From the IMG/VR virus record IMGVR_UViG_3300033067_001593, positions 1-39,289 of that record: a stretch of 39,289 nucleotides of DNA; one strand, written 5' to 3'. The first letter of the stretch is position 1, and each line of letters opens with the position of its first letter. Source of the DNA: a virus. Lineage: Duplodnaviria; Caudoviricetes. The notes below the pieces were generated by a model, which was not told the origin of the DNA, searched no databases, and worked only from the letters and a program-made list of their open reading frames with translations. Shown here piece after piece: positions 8,523 through 17,019 of the stretch. Position numbers and translations under genes: made by a program.

Positions 8523-8677
8523 TGGCTGATCCAGTCCCGATGATGAACGCTATCATGAACAAGTTGGAGCAGTCAAACCAGCCGCTTCACGCTTTTATGA
8601 AAGCGTTTCCAGAGGAGCAGGTGAAGCTGCTGGGCGCGTGCGTGATAGCTGCCGCGATCACCAATACCATAGAATAG
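8522..8677 (+). CDS. Small hypothetical protein (51 aa, MADPVPMM...)
   Basis: Translated by hand. TAATG coupling; ends at the ACP RBS. Confidence 0.55.
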   Translation: MADPVPMMNAIMNKLEQSNQPLHAFMKAFPEEQVKLLGACVIAAAITNTIE

Positions 8678-8686
8678 GAGGAGAAC

Positions 8687-8929
8687 ATGGCACAAAGAAC
8701 GATTGAAGAACGGCTGCGCGAGATCGTCGTCGAAAATCTCGGCTGTCAAGAAAAGGATGTGACCCTGACGGCCAACTTCGTCAACGACTTGGGCGCGGAC
8801 TCGCTGGACACCGTGGAGTTGGTCATGGCCGCGGAGGAGGAGTTCGACATCGAAATCCCCGACGAGGAGGCCGAGAAGATCCAGACCTTCGGAGAGGCCG
8901 TCAGATGGATTACCGATCACATAAAATGA
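8687..8929 (+). CDS. acpP: Acyl carrier protein
   Basis: [37 protein letters not shown], with an intact phosphopantetheine Ser; AGGAGG RBS. Confidence 0.96.
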   Translation: MAQRTIEERLREIVVENLGCQEKDVTLTANFVNDLGADSLDTVELVMAAEEEFDIEIPDEEAEKIQTFGEAVRWITDHIK

Positions 8930-9072
8930 GCAACGACGGGCTGGATCACCTCCTCATCCCACGGGATGAGATAGATCTGGCCTACTGCGCGCGGCAGGGC
9001 TGCACGGCGCGCACCCACATTATGTTTGAACACATCCCCATGTGCTACTGGCATTTCAACGCCATGAAGTGA
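8926..9072 (+). CDS. Small Cys/His (Zn-finger-like) protein, 48 aa
   Basis: Translated by hand: CARQGC...MCYWH; ATGA overlap with the ACP stop. Confidence 0.55.
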   Translation: MSNDGLDHLLIPRDEIDLAYCARQGCTARTHIMFEHIPMCYWHFNAMK

Positions 9073-9076
9073 TTTT

Positions 9077-9262
9077 ATGTTCAGCCCAGAACAAGGACTG
9101 GAAGCGTTGACGCCACGGCGTGAACCAGTTTTGGAGCAGCTAAAGCGTCGCCGCGAACAGATCGTAAAGCAGCTGGATCAGATGGATAAGGCCATCGCTC
9201 TGCTCACGGAACAGCCGAAGCTGGTGGAAACCCTCGATGTTTTGAGGTCTGTCGGGATCTGA
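9077..9262 (+). CDS. Small coiled-coil hypothetical protein
   Basis: Last ORF before the terminator. Confidence 0.6.
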   Translation: MFSPEQGLEALTPRREPVLEQLKRRREQIVKQLDQMDKAIALLTEQPKLVETLDVLRSVGI

Positions 9263-9282
9263 CGATCTCGTCTTGAAAGAAG

Positions 9283-9323
9283 AAGGGCCCCCGACACTGC
9301 GGATGCTGGGGGCCCTTTTATTT
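9283..9323. terminator. Intrinsic terminator, probably bidirectional
   Basis: AAGGGCCCCC (9283-9292) / GGGGGCCCTT (9308-9317) stem with T-tract downstream and A-rich tract upstream, between convergent operons. Confidence 0.85.
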
Positions 9324-9332
9324 GGAGCGGAT

Positions 9333-9683
9333 TTAGGACGGCTGGGCGGGCGGCGTTGCGGGAGTTGCGGCGGGTTGCGGCTGCTGCGCGGCCTTCCAGT
9401 CCTTGACGAACTTGACGAGCGAGCGGAAGCCCATGTAGAGACCTTCCAGACCGCCGATGACGGTGATCCCGGCCTGAACGATGACCTGCTGCTGCTCCGG
9501 CGTGACATTGTGGCCTTTCAGGGCCGCGACCATCGCGCCGAGGGCGACCAGCTGCGCCAAGTTCTTCCCCCAGAACTCCGTCGTTTTCCAACCCGGCTTA
9601 ACTTGGTTATCCATCTTGACCTCCTTGGTCGCTTCGTTCAGGAGCGCGCGGCCCTTGAAGAAGATTTTGATCCTCTCGAACAC
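9333..9683 (-). CDS. Putative holin with two possible starts (9683 GTG, 9614 ATG)
   Basis: KPGWKTTEFW followed by two hydrophobic segments; last gene of the lysis cassette. Confidence 0.7.
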   Translation of the reverse strand: MFERIKIFFKGRALLNEATKEVKMDNQVKPGWKTTEFWGKNLAQLVALGAMVAALKGHNVTPEQQQVIVQAGITVIGGLEGLYMGFRSLVKFVKDWKAAQQPQPAATPATPPAQPS

Positions 9684-9707
9684 GGGTGAACCTCCTTTTG
9701 AACCAGT

Positions 9708-10013
9708 CTATGACTTCCGATCCGTTAAAATCGAATCGGATGCTGACTGTAAAGATTTTGGGGAGCCAGTCCATCCCAACCTCCTGCCCTTGCTGGCGAT
9801 GTCCTCGACGGTAAGGCCTTGGAAATCCTCATGAGTCGTTCGACATTTCTGTTCCAGATTGTCGGTCTTGTCCGTCGGCAACTTCTTCAAAATGAACGCG
9901 ATCAGAGGGAGCATCTGCGTGGCGAACTTCACCATCGTGGGCGTGTTCTCCAAGATCCACGGAAGCGCGATTTGAAAAAGCCAGAGGATGCCCTGCCACG
10001 CCAACGCGAGCAT
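9708..10013 (-). CDS. Lysis-region membrane protein (MLALAWQGIL...)
   Basis: ATG 10013 overlaps the Pal stop (TAATG); hydrophobic N-terminus. Confidence 0.65.
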   Translation of the reverse strand: MLALAWQGILWLFQIALPWILENTPTMVKFATQMLPLIAFILKKLPTDKTDNLEQKCRTTHEDFQGLTVEDIASKGRRLGWTGSPKSLQSASDSILTDRKS

Positions 10014-10549
10014 TATTCCAAGGCGATCTCGACCCGGCGGTTCTTCTGCCAGCACCCTTCGTTGTGCTCGTCGCACACGGGGTTGGATTCTCCGTTCGAG
10101 CGGATCTCGAAGGCGACATCCGGCAGCTTGGCCTTGAGCATGTCGCGCACTGCTTGAGCGCGGCGCATCCCGAGTCGGTAGTTGTAGGTGTCGGAGCCCC
10201 GCTCGTCGCAGTTCCCGGTCAAGACCACTTTCCCGACCTTCTGGGAGGAACGCAGCGTGATCCGCAGCACCATGAGCCGGATGCGCTCGGGCTCGCGGAT
10301 CTTGGCGCGGTCGAAGGCGAACTGGACGGGCGCGAAGTTCTCGATGTAGCGGCGCAGCTTCTCCTCGTCGGTGAGCGGGTTTTCAGGCAGCGGCTCGGCC
10401 ACTGGCGGCGTCACTTCCTTTTCCACCACCTTCACGACCTCAACCGGGACTTCCTTCTCGACGATCAAGATCTTCTTTTTGCAGCAGGCCGGGGCCATGA
10501 CCGCCACGATCAGCGCGAACATCAGAAACGACAGTTTCCTTCTCTGCAT
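10013..10549 (-). CDS. pal: Peptidoglycan-associated lipoprotein (Pal/OmpA C-like domain)
   Basis: Lipoprotein-like signal ending MAPAC; FAFDRA, GNCDERGSDTYNYRLGMRRA, NGESNP..CWQKNRRVE. Confidence 0.92.
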   Translation of the reverse strand: MQRRKLSFLMFALIVAVMAPACCKKKILIVEKEVPVEVVKVVEKEVTPPVAEPLPENPLTDEEKLRRYIENFAPVQFAFDRAKIREPERIRLMVLRITLRSSQKVGKVVLTGNCDERGSDTYNYRLGMRRAQAVRDMLKAKLPDVAFEIRSNGESNPVCDEHNEGCWQKNRRVEIALE

Positions 10550-10575
10550 TGGTGCCTCCTGTTTTATTTATTCGA

Positions 10576-11001
10576 TCAAACTGGTTTCGTCTGCGCCTTT
10601 TGGTTCGTCGCCGTCGCCCCTTCCGGGTAAAGCCAGCTGACGCCCTGCGGCAAGTCGAACGACATGTCGAGGTGCACAAAATTCGAGCCGATCCCGATGC
10701 GCTTGACGCCGCGGTTGAAGGCGGCCTTGAGGATGGCGAACCGTTCCACCGAGTCGTTGCAGGAAATATCGGCAGCAACGCCTTTGGTGTGCGCCGAGTC
10801 GAACTTCCCGCCGACTTGCTCGTTGTGCTCCGGCGTTCGATAGCCGGAATTGATCTCGAACGGGAAGTCGCAGTCCCCTCGGATCAGGTCGAGCAGTTTA
10901 ACAAATTCGATGTTCATTTTCGAGCCCGAACCCTTTTCCGTCGGGTCGTCGAACTCCTCGGGCTTGAAGAACTTGATCCCTTCCCAGAGGTTTTCGCTCA
11001 T
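10576..11001 (-). CDS. Endolysin, Zn peptidase M15A-like
   Basis: FKPEEF, INSGYR, SAHTKGVAADI, FVHLD. Confidence 0.9.
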   Translation of the reverse strand: MSENLWEGIKFFKPEEFDDPTEKGSGSKMNIEFVKLLDLIRGDCDFPFEINSGYRTPEHNEQVGGKFDSAHTKGVAADISCNDSVERFAILKAAFNRGVKRIGIGSNFVHLDMSFDLPQGVSWLYPEGATATNQKAQTKPV

Positions 11002-11222
11002 TTCATTTTACCCCACTTTTTTTCTGCGATGGTTGTCAGGGTTGAGACTTGCGTTTTTATGGTTCCTATGTCTTCCCTCATGCGCTCGATCTGGGTGTTG
11101 TTGATGAAGGTTGTCCGAACCGTCCAGCCACCGAGGAACATGGCTCCGTTCACGAGTCCAGTGACAACCCAGAAAACGGTTTTTCTGACGAGTTCCTTCT
11201 CCATCGTAATTTCTGCGCTCAT
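10998..11222 (-). CDS. Single-TM protein with coiled coil (possible holin-type lysis protein)
   Basis: One hydrophobic helix; immediately upstream of the endolysin. Confidence 0.6.
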   Translation of the reverse strand: MSAEITMEKELVRKTVFWVVTGLVNGAMFLGGWTVRTTFINNTQIERMREDIGTIKTQVSTLTTIAEKKWGKMK

Positions 11223-12751
11223 TCTGGTTGCTCCTCCATTTGCCGGATCATTTTGCGGTATTCGGGATCGTTGTTCATGAGAAGCCAGTGGCGCAGACCA
11301 ACGGCTTCCCCCCCGGCTTGAGCCGCACGGCCCAAGACCTGCGCGTATTTTCCGAAACGCTCCGGGTTCATTTTCAAAAGTTCAGGGATCTTGTCGGCGA
11401 CCCACCGCGTTCCTTTTGCCGCCTGATTCGCACCCGAAGCCATCGCCTGATTTCCATAGATGTCGCCCACCTTCTTGACGCCCAGAAGCGTGGCGGCCTC
11501 TGCTGGATTTCCAGCAGCGATCCCGGCCCCGGCGGTCAAGAAATCAGTCAGGCCGAGGGATCTGTTTCCCATCTCGCTGCTCAAGCGATTGTTGAGCGCG
11601 TCTCCGGCCCGTTCCGCGGCACCGTAAATCTTCTTGTTCTTCAAGAAATCCTCGAACCCGGGCGTCTGGCCCATATCCTTGGCCGCGGACTCCAAGCTGT
11701 CGTCCAGAACACCTTTGAAGCGTCCTGCCGCCAGCTGGTTGGCCCCGAGCGTCAGGTTCTCGGTGTTGGAGTTGAACTTCGCCACATCTTGCAGCAGGCC
11801 TTTCAGCTTGTTGGCCTTTTCCCACGGGATCGGCCCGTCTCCGTAGCCCTTGATCGTCTCGATGGCCTTGTCCAGCGCGGCATGGATCGTTTCGTTGTGA
11901 CCGCCACGCTCTGCCGGACGCAATTCGTTGATGGCTTGGATGGCCTTCTGCGGATCGAGGCCGTATTCACCGACCGCGATGTCCGACGCCTCCATCCCCG
12001 GCTCCATTCCCTTGAGGAAAGAGCCGATCCGGGCACCGCTTTTCCGGCTCAACGCCTCGGCGCGGGCAGCCATATCGTCGGCCCCAGCGGTAGGTGTGAT
12101 GACGCCCTCGTCCAGCATCGTCTGGGCCACTTTCTTGGCCTCTGCGCGCCGTGCATCATCGCTCAAAAATCGTTTCGTGAACCCGAGGGCCTTGAGTCCG
12201 CGGTTCTGGGCCAGATCCTCCCAAAAAGACGGATTGACCATGGCCGTGGCACCCTTGGCGATTGCACCACCCGTCGCGCCTGCCGCGGCACCCATGGCCG
12301 TGTCGGTCGCCATCCCCGTGAGATCTTCTTTTTCGGAATGGCCAAGACCTTGAAGGCCAGCGAGCGCGGCCATCTTGGGAATCGTGGTCGCCTCCATTCC
12401 CGGGATGAAGTTCGTCGCCACGGTGCCCGCGAACTCGCCTGCGCCGTAGGATTTCGGGTTTTCTTCTTCGGCCTTATGGAATTTGTCACGGTATTGGTCG
12501 CGCACAGTCTTGTAGTATTTCATCAGCGCGGCAGGATCAACTTTGCCGTGGAAAAAATCCTGTGCCGCCTTCTGCAAGGCATGAACTCCGGCGGCACCTT
12601 CGTCGGCGAACCCGAGCGTGCCTCCCTGCGCCGCGCCCATGGTCGCGGATTCGACCGGGCTGATGGCAGATGGCGGCGCAGCAGCATCGTCGGCGAAGAC
12701 CAGTTTCCGCGCCGGGGCCGCTTGTTCGTCGTCGAAGACCAGTTTCGCCAT
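11219..12751 (-). CDS. Putative internal virion/DNA ejection protein
   Basis: Ala/Gly-rich, GAAQGGTLGFADE motif; last gene of the structural block. Confidence 0.7.
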   Translation of the reverse strand: MAKLVFDDEQAAPARKLVFADDAAAPPSAISPVESATMGAAQGGTLGFADEGAAGVHALQKAAQDFFHGKVDPAALMKYYKTVRDQYRDKFHKAEEENPKSYGAGEFAGTVATNFIPGMEATTIPKMAALAGLQGLGHSEKEDLTGMATDTAMGAAAGATGGAIAKGATAMVNPSFWEDLAQNRGLKALGFTKRFLSDDARRAEAKKVAQTMLDEGVITPTAGADDMAARAEALSRKSGARIGSFLKGMEPGMEASDIAVGEYGLDPQKAIQAINELRPAERGGHNETIHAALDKAIETIKGYGDGPIPWEKANKLKGLLQDVAKFNSNTENLTLGANQLAAGRFKGVLDDSLESAAKDMGQTPGFEDFLKNKKIYGAAERAGDALNNRLSSEMGNRSLGLTDFLTAGAGIAAGNPAEAATLLGVKKVGDIYGNQAMASGANQAAKGTRWVADKIPELLKMNPERFGKYAQVLGRAAQAGGEAVGLRHWLLMNNDPEYRKMIRQMEEQPE

Positions 12752-14007
12752 TATTGCACCGTTCCCACTCGCCCCTTGAGGGTGAATTTCGTTCCAACGG
12801 GTAGCTTGAGAGCTTCTTCCTCTGTCGCCACTTCCACGGGCTGTTCTCCACCCGCATCTGGCGCAGGCGCACCAGCAGGAGGAGCGGCAGGAGTCGCCGC
12901 TCCCGGGCGCAAGCTGTTATAGATCTCATCCTCCTCGCCGTAGTTCTGCATTTTGGAATACTGGCGGGCCCGAAGGCGAGCCAGACTATCCATCTTTTCC
13001 CCAGCCCGTTTCTGAATGATCTTCGTGAGTCCGAGGATGAAGGTTTTGTTGTGAGGAGTCAGCTGTCCGTTGGCCCACTCGTTTAGGGCCTTGTTCACAC
13101 GCTCCATGATGGCCTGCGAGCCGCCGAACGGGGCCTTGTCCGCTTCCGAAAGGTTCCCGACCTCGCCGGACATGCGCGCGGAGTAGGTGGGGATCGCAGC
13201 GGCAGCGATGGGGTTCCCGCTGTTCGCCAGATCCCTGATGTCTCCCGCGGCGTCCAAGGATTGCTGCGACTTTTTGGTTGAGGGGTCGGCGTTGAACTTA
13301 TCAATCAGCGTTCGCCTGTTGTTGTCCATGCGTTCCTGCCTGCGGGCGTCGCGTTCAGATTGCAACGAGTCCCGGGAACCCTTGGCAGCAGCAGCGGCGA
13401 TGGCCGCGGCATCCCTGCGGGCATCAGCGGCCATCTGCGCCGTGTCGCGCCGCGTTTGGGCTGCTTCGGACGCCTGCCACGCCTTTTCTACCACGGGGAG
13501 GACGGTGGAGATCCGGGTCGCGCTCATGGTGCCGAGTTCTTCCGGCTTTTTACCCAGCATTTTGGAGGCGATGACCTGATATTGCTTGGAGACATCGCTG
13601 GCGGGGTCGTCCATTTCTTTTTGGAGGGCGAGATCCCGGGCCTTTACCACACCCTCCTCCTTGGCCTTCTTCACCGCCGCCCCGGTCTCCAAGGCGGTCT
13701 TGGCCGCGTTCGTGGAACGGCCCGCACTGGCTGAAATCGCGTCTCCAAGGCCCGCCAGACCAACGGAGAGGGCCTGTCCTGCCCCGAACTCGTTGTCCGT
13801 AGGGGTTTGGGTAGGGGGGGCTGGTTTCTGGGCGTTTTTGAGCACATAATCCACAACCCGCGGATCAATCCCGGCAGGGGCCGGGGGGAGCTTGGCGGCA
13901 GGGGCCGGAATGGGGGCCGGAGGGGCCGGAACAGGCATCGCCGGGGTTCCATCGGGGTTGAGGCCCTGCTTTTTGAGTTCTTCTTCGTCCAGAACGGGGT
14001 TAATCAT
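12751..14007 (-). CDS. Putative internal virion/ejection protein
   Basis: ATG 14007 follows AGGAGG; helical Ala-rich; C-terminal ALKLPVGTKF motif. Confidence 0.7.
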   Translation of the reverse strand: MINPVLDEEELKKQGLNPDGTPAMPVPAPPAPIPAPAAKLPPAPAGIDPRVVDYVLKNAQKPAPPTQTPTDNEFGAGQALSVGLAGLGDAISASAGRSTNAAKTALETGAAVKKAKEEGVVKARDLALQKEMDDPASDVSKQYQVIASKMLGKKPEELGTMSATRISTVLPVVEKAWQASEAAQTRRDTAQMAADARRDAAAIAAAAAKGSRDSLQSERDARRQERMDNNRRTLIDKFNADPSTKKSQQSLDAAGDIRDLANSGNPIAAAAIPTYSARMSGEVGNLSEADKAPFGGSQAIMERVNKALNEWANGQLTPHNKTFILGLTKIIQKRAGEKMDSLARLRARQYSKMQNYGEEDEIYNSLRPGAATPAAPPAGAPAPDAGGEQPVEVATEEEALKLPVGTKFTLKGRVGTVQ

Positions 14008-15235
14008 TGGCTTCCTCCTCCTGAACCTTGTCGTAAAGTCGCGCCAACGCCGCGAGCACAACGCCCACGGCCTTCTGCATGTTCAAGACCTTTCCGTCCG
14101 GGCCTCTCTCCACCATCGTGCGGCCAACGGGGGTGCTTTCCACATCCTGCGCGATCACCCCTACATTGTCGCCGTCCGGCTGACCCGGACTTCCGGGCTT
14201 TTTATATTTGAACTTCTTGGGATCAATCGAGGCCATGAACTCATCCATGTTGAAATCGCCAGCATCCTCGATGTCCTTCTTGGCATTTTTGTCAGACACC
14301 AAGTAGGTGTTGGGCTTCTGTTTTCCGGCCAAGTAGCCGGACGCCACGGTTCCAGCGGTTCCGATCAGTTGGCCCGTGAAGGCATCCTTGGCCTGCTGGT
14401 TCGCCCGGTTGTTGGCCGCGATGTCTCCGTAGCCGCCCGAGACTGCCTTGGCCTTACCCATCTGATCTTCAAAGGCCGTCTGCTTGGCGGCGGCATCAGC
14501 GCGGGCCTTCTCGTTCGCCAACTCGGTGTTGGTGTCCGAGATCCGCTGTTTTTCGCTTGCGTTCCGCTCAAGGGCCGCGTTCTTGGCCGCGATGTTGGCG
14601 TTCACGACATCCTGCGAGTTCCGAGCGTTGAACTGGTTGATGGCGTCCTGCGCCTGCGCCTTCCGGCTGGCTTCATCGAACTCTTGGCCTTGGATCTGTC
14701 CACCCAGCTGGCCGGATTGCGCGATGGCATCCAGCGCGCGTTGCTTGGCCTTGGCCGCGATGTCCAGTCCGGCCTGATTTTCATTCGTGGCCGCGTCCTG
14801 CGCGTTCTGCAAATTCGCCACCAACTCCATGCCGGAGCCACCCTTCCCTCTCTCGGCCATGTTCTGCATGATGGCCTCGCGGCGTCCCCGGTCGGTCGCG
14901 TTGATCTCCCCCTGCGCCTTGGACATGTCGGCCATGTCGGAAACGGTGTAGCCCCCGGAGTCTTCGATCCCTTGAAGTCCTGCCAGAGCGTCCAGCTGCG
15001 CCTTTCGTCCAGTCGTGACATCAATCCCAGCCATGAGGGACGGGTTCTGCATGATAGCGTTGGCCTGCTCGGGCGTGATGTCGCCCTGATAGACCATCTG
15101 TTGCAGTTTATATTGAAGATCCTCTGCGGTCGGAGGGTTGACGCCCTGTAAAATCGCAAGCGCACTCTGCTGTGCGCTGCCACCAGCGTCTCGCCCGATA
15201 CCGAAGATGTCCGCGACGGGATCAAAAATTGCCAT
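14000..15235 (-). CDS. Putative ejection protein with C-terminal peptidase S74 (intramolecular chaperone) domain
   Basis: Ala/Gln-rich body followed by SDKNAKKDI...KFKYK...GVIAQDVE...; ATG 15235 follows AAGGAG. Confidence 0.75.
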   Translation of the reverse strand: MAIFDPVADIFGIGRDAGGSAQQSALAILQGVNPPTAEDLQYKLQQMVYQGDITPEQANAIMQNPSLMAGIDVTTGRKAQLDALAGLQGIEDSGGYTVSDMADMSKAQGEINATDRGRREAIMQNMAERGKGGSGMELVANLQNAQDAATNENQAGLDIAAKAKQRALDAIAQSGQLGGQIQGQEFDEASRKAQAQDAINQFNARNSQDVVNANIAAKNAALERNASEKQRISDTNTELANEKARADAAAKQTAFEDQMGKAKAVSGGYGDIAANNRANQQAKDAFTGQLIGTAGTVASGYLAGKQKPNTYLVSDKNAKKDIEDAGDFNMDEFMASIDPKKFKYKKPGSPGQPDGDNVGVIAQDVESTPVGRTMVERGPDGKVLNMQKAVGVVLAALARLYDKVQEEEAND

Positions 15236-15245
15236 GGTGATCTCC

Positions 15246-16619
15246 TTAAATTCCCTTAAATTTTCCGACGCTGGCACCCTTATAGGTTCCAGCTTTCGCC
15301 AGATCTTCGTCGGTCAGGAACGGCGTCTGCGATCCAAGGAGACGCTGCAACGCAAGGATGCGCGCGGCCTCATCCGGCGTCGTGTCCGAGGCGATGGAGA
15401 GATCGCCGGATGACGACGAGGTTCCCGGGAAGTAGGTGTCCAAGAAATTCTCCGGCGCGTGACCCTGCAACCACCCCAGCGCGTTCGGAGAATAAATCCC
15501 GCTCTGATATTCGTTTCTTGCTTCGTTGATGAAGGGTGAAAGAACCGCCTCATCCGCGGCACTGAATCCGGGGCCTTGCCCGCTGATATAGTCCGTGATC
15601 CTGCTCGCTTGATAATCAGCGTTCATGTTGGGATAGGCATTTTTCAGACGAGCCATGATCGCATTTTTCATCTGATCGCGGTTCAATCCATATTGAAGGG
15701 CCCCGTTGTCGGTGAGCCCGAACATCGCTTTTTGCTCCGCGGAGAGCGCGCCCTTTCCAGTCACGGACGCTTTTAATGCTTCGATGGCGGCGTTCTTGAT
15801 CGAATCGTTCTGGCCCTGATCGTTGACGCGGCTCGTGATCTGGCCTTGGAGATCCTGCAAGTTCTTGGTCTGCGGAGTGATGAACTCGTCTTGAAGTTTT
15901 TTCTGTGCCGTTCCAAGATCGGCGATCTCGCTGCTCCGCGTCGCGTCCAAGCTGCTGGCTTTTCCAGACAAATAACTGCGGAGGTCGGAATAGGGCTGCG
16001 CTGCATTGATTAGGGAGGAGCGCGCCGGATCGCTCCCGCTCAAGATCAGATCGTTCAGAGAAACATTCCCGACACTCATGTTCGGGTTTAATTTTTTTAT
16101 GAGTTCAGTGCGCCCGCCAGACTTTGAGGTGGAAGACGCCAGATCGCTGATCTCTCCGACCTTGTTGAAGGAATCGGCGTAACCCGGCTGCTCCTCAAAG
16201 AGACCGGGCCCGGAGAAGGCCCCGCCTTTGATGTAGCCGAACTTATCCAGATCCGACTGGTTCTTCACGAACTCGGCGGGATTATCGTTGGCGCGGGAAA
16301 TGATGTCGGAGTTCGGATCAACTTTCGCCTTGTCCAGATCCGACTGGAACGATCCGGCCAAAGTGTCCACGCCTCCCTTGGCGGCCTCTCCTTCTCCAAC
16401 CAGCTTTTCGCTCAATTTTCCAGAGAGATCCATGGCCTGATCTTTGTTTGCGTCGAGATAGGCGCGCAAGTTGGTGAATCCAGAAGAAGACGGTTTTGGT
16501 GCGCCGGGGACAGAGGCCGCGCCACCCTGACCGCCAGCACCGCCGCCGAGAAGCGCACCACCACCGCCAGACACCAGCTGATTCTGTTTTTCTTTCGGAT
16601 CTTTGAAAATATAGGGCAT
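15246..16619 (-). CDS. Putative internal virion/ejection protein
   Basis: SGFTNLRAYLDANK motif after a Gly-rich N-terminus; AGGAGG RBS. Confidence 0.7.
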   Translation of the reverse strand: MPYIFKDPKEKQNQLVSGGGGALLGGGAGGQGGAASVPGAPKPSSSGFTNLRAYLDANKDQAMDLSGKLSEKLVGEGEAAKGGVDTLAGSFQSDLDKAKVDPNSDIISRANDNPAEFVKNQSDLDKFGYIKGGAFSGPGLFEEQPGYADSFNKVGEISDLASSTSKSGGRTELIKKLNPNMSVGNVSLNDLILSGSDPARSSLINAAQPYSDLRSYLSGKASSLDATRSSEIADLGTAQKKLQDEFITPQTKNLQDLQGQITSRVNDQGQNDSIKNAAIEALKASVTGKGALSAEQKAMFGLTDNGALQYGLNRDQMKNAIMARLKNAYPNMNADYQASRITDYISGQGPGFSAADEAVLSPFINEARNEYQSGIYSPNALGWLQGHAPENFLDTYFPGTSSSSGDLSIASDTTPDEAARILALQRLLGSQTPFLTDEDLAKAGTYKGASVGKFKGI

Positions 16620-16629
16620 CGGCTCCTCC

Positions 16630-17019
16630 TTACAAAATCAGCATGTCCATCGTGTAGGTAGCCCCATTTGTAAGCCCGGTGATGGATGTGATGTTGATGT
16701 AAGTCCCATCATAATTCCAGTTCACCGTCACAGGCACGCGATCACCGATAATGGTTTCCGCGTGGGTGCAGATCAAAAAGGTCGGCTTCACCGGGAGTTC
16801 GGAGCGAAATTTGAAAGCGTTGTCCGAGGCCGATGCCTTTGCCACTAATTCTACATTTTTTATTTGGGAACGGATATTCTCCTGAAAAGTGATACCCTTG
16901 TTGAGCCCCACATAAAGCGAGTTGAAAACTTGGTTGATCGGAGCGAGAAGACGATCAATCCACGCCGGGGACTCTTGCAAGTCCTCTTTGTCAATCCGTT
17001 TTATCGGAAGAAGTTTCAT
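16630..17019 (-). CDS. Small tail-associated protein
   Basis: Coupled to the nozzle gene (TAATG). Confidence 0.7.
   Translation of the reverse strand: MKLLPIKRIDKEDLQESPAWIDRLLAPINQVFNSLYVGLNKGITFQENIRSQIKNVELVAKASASDNAFKFRSELPVKPTFLICTHAETIIGDRVPVTVNWNYDGTYINITSITGLTNGATYTMDMLIL

Noticed and set aside
11228-12922. Long + strand ORFs antisense to structural genes (also 13892-15151, 18861-20327, 23173-24465, 25640-26887, 28386-29876)
   Set aside because: Shadow ORFs expected from GC-rich codon bias; no RBS or recognisable motifs, and the opposite strand has clear genes.
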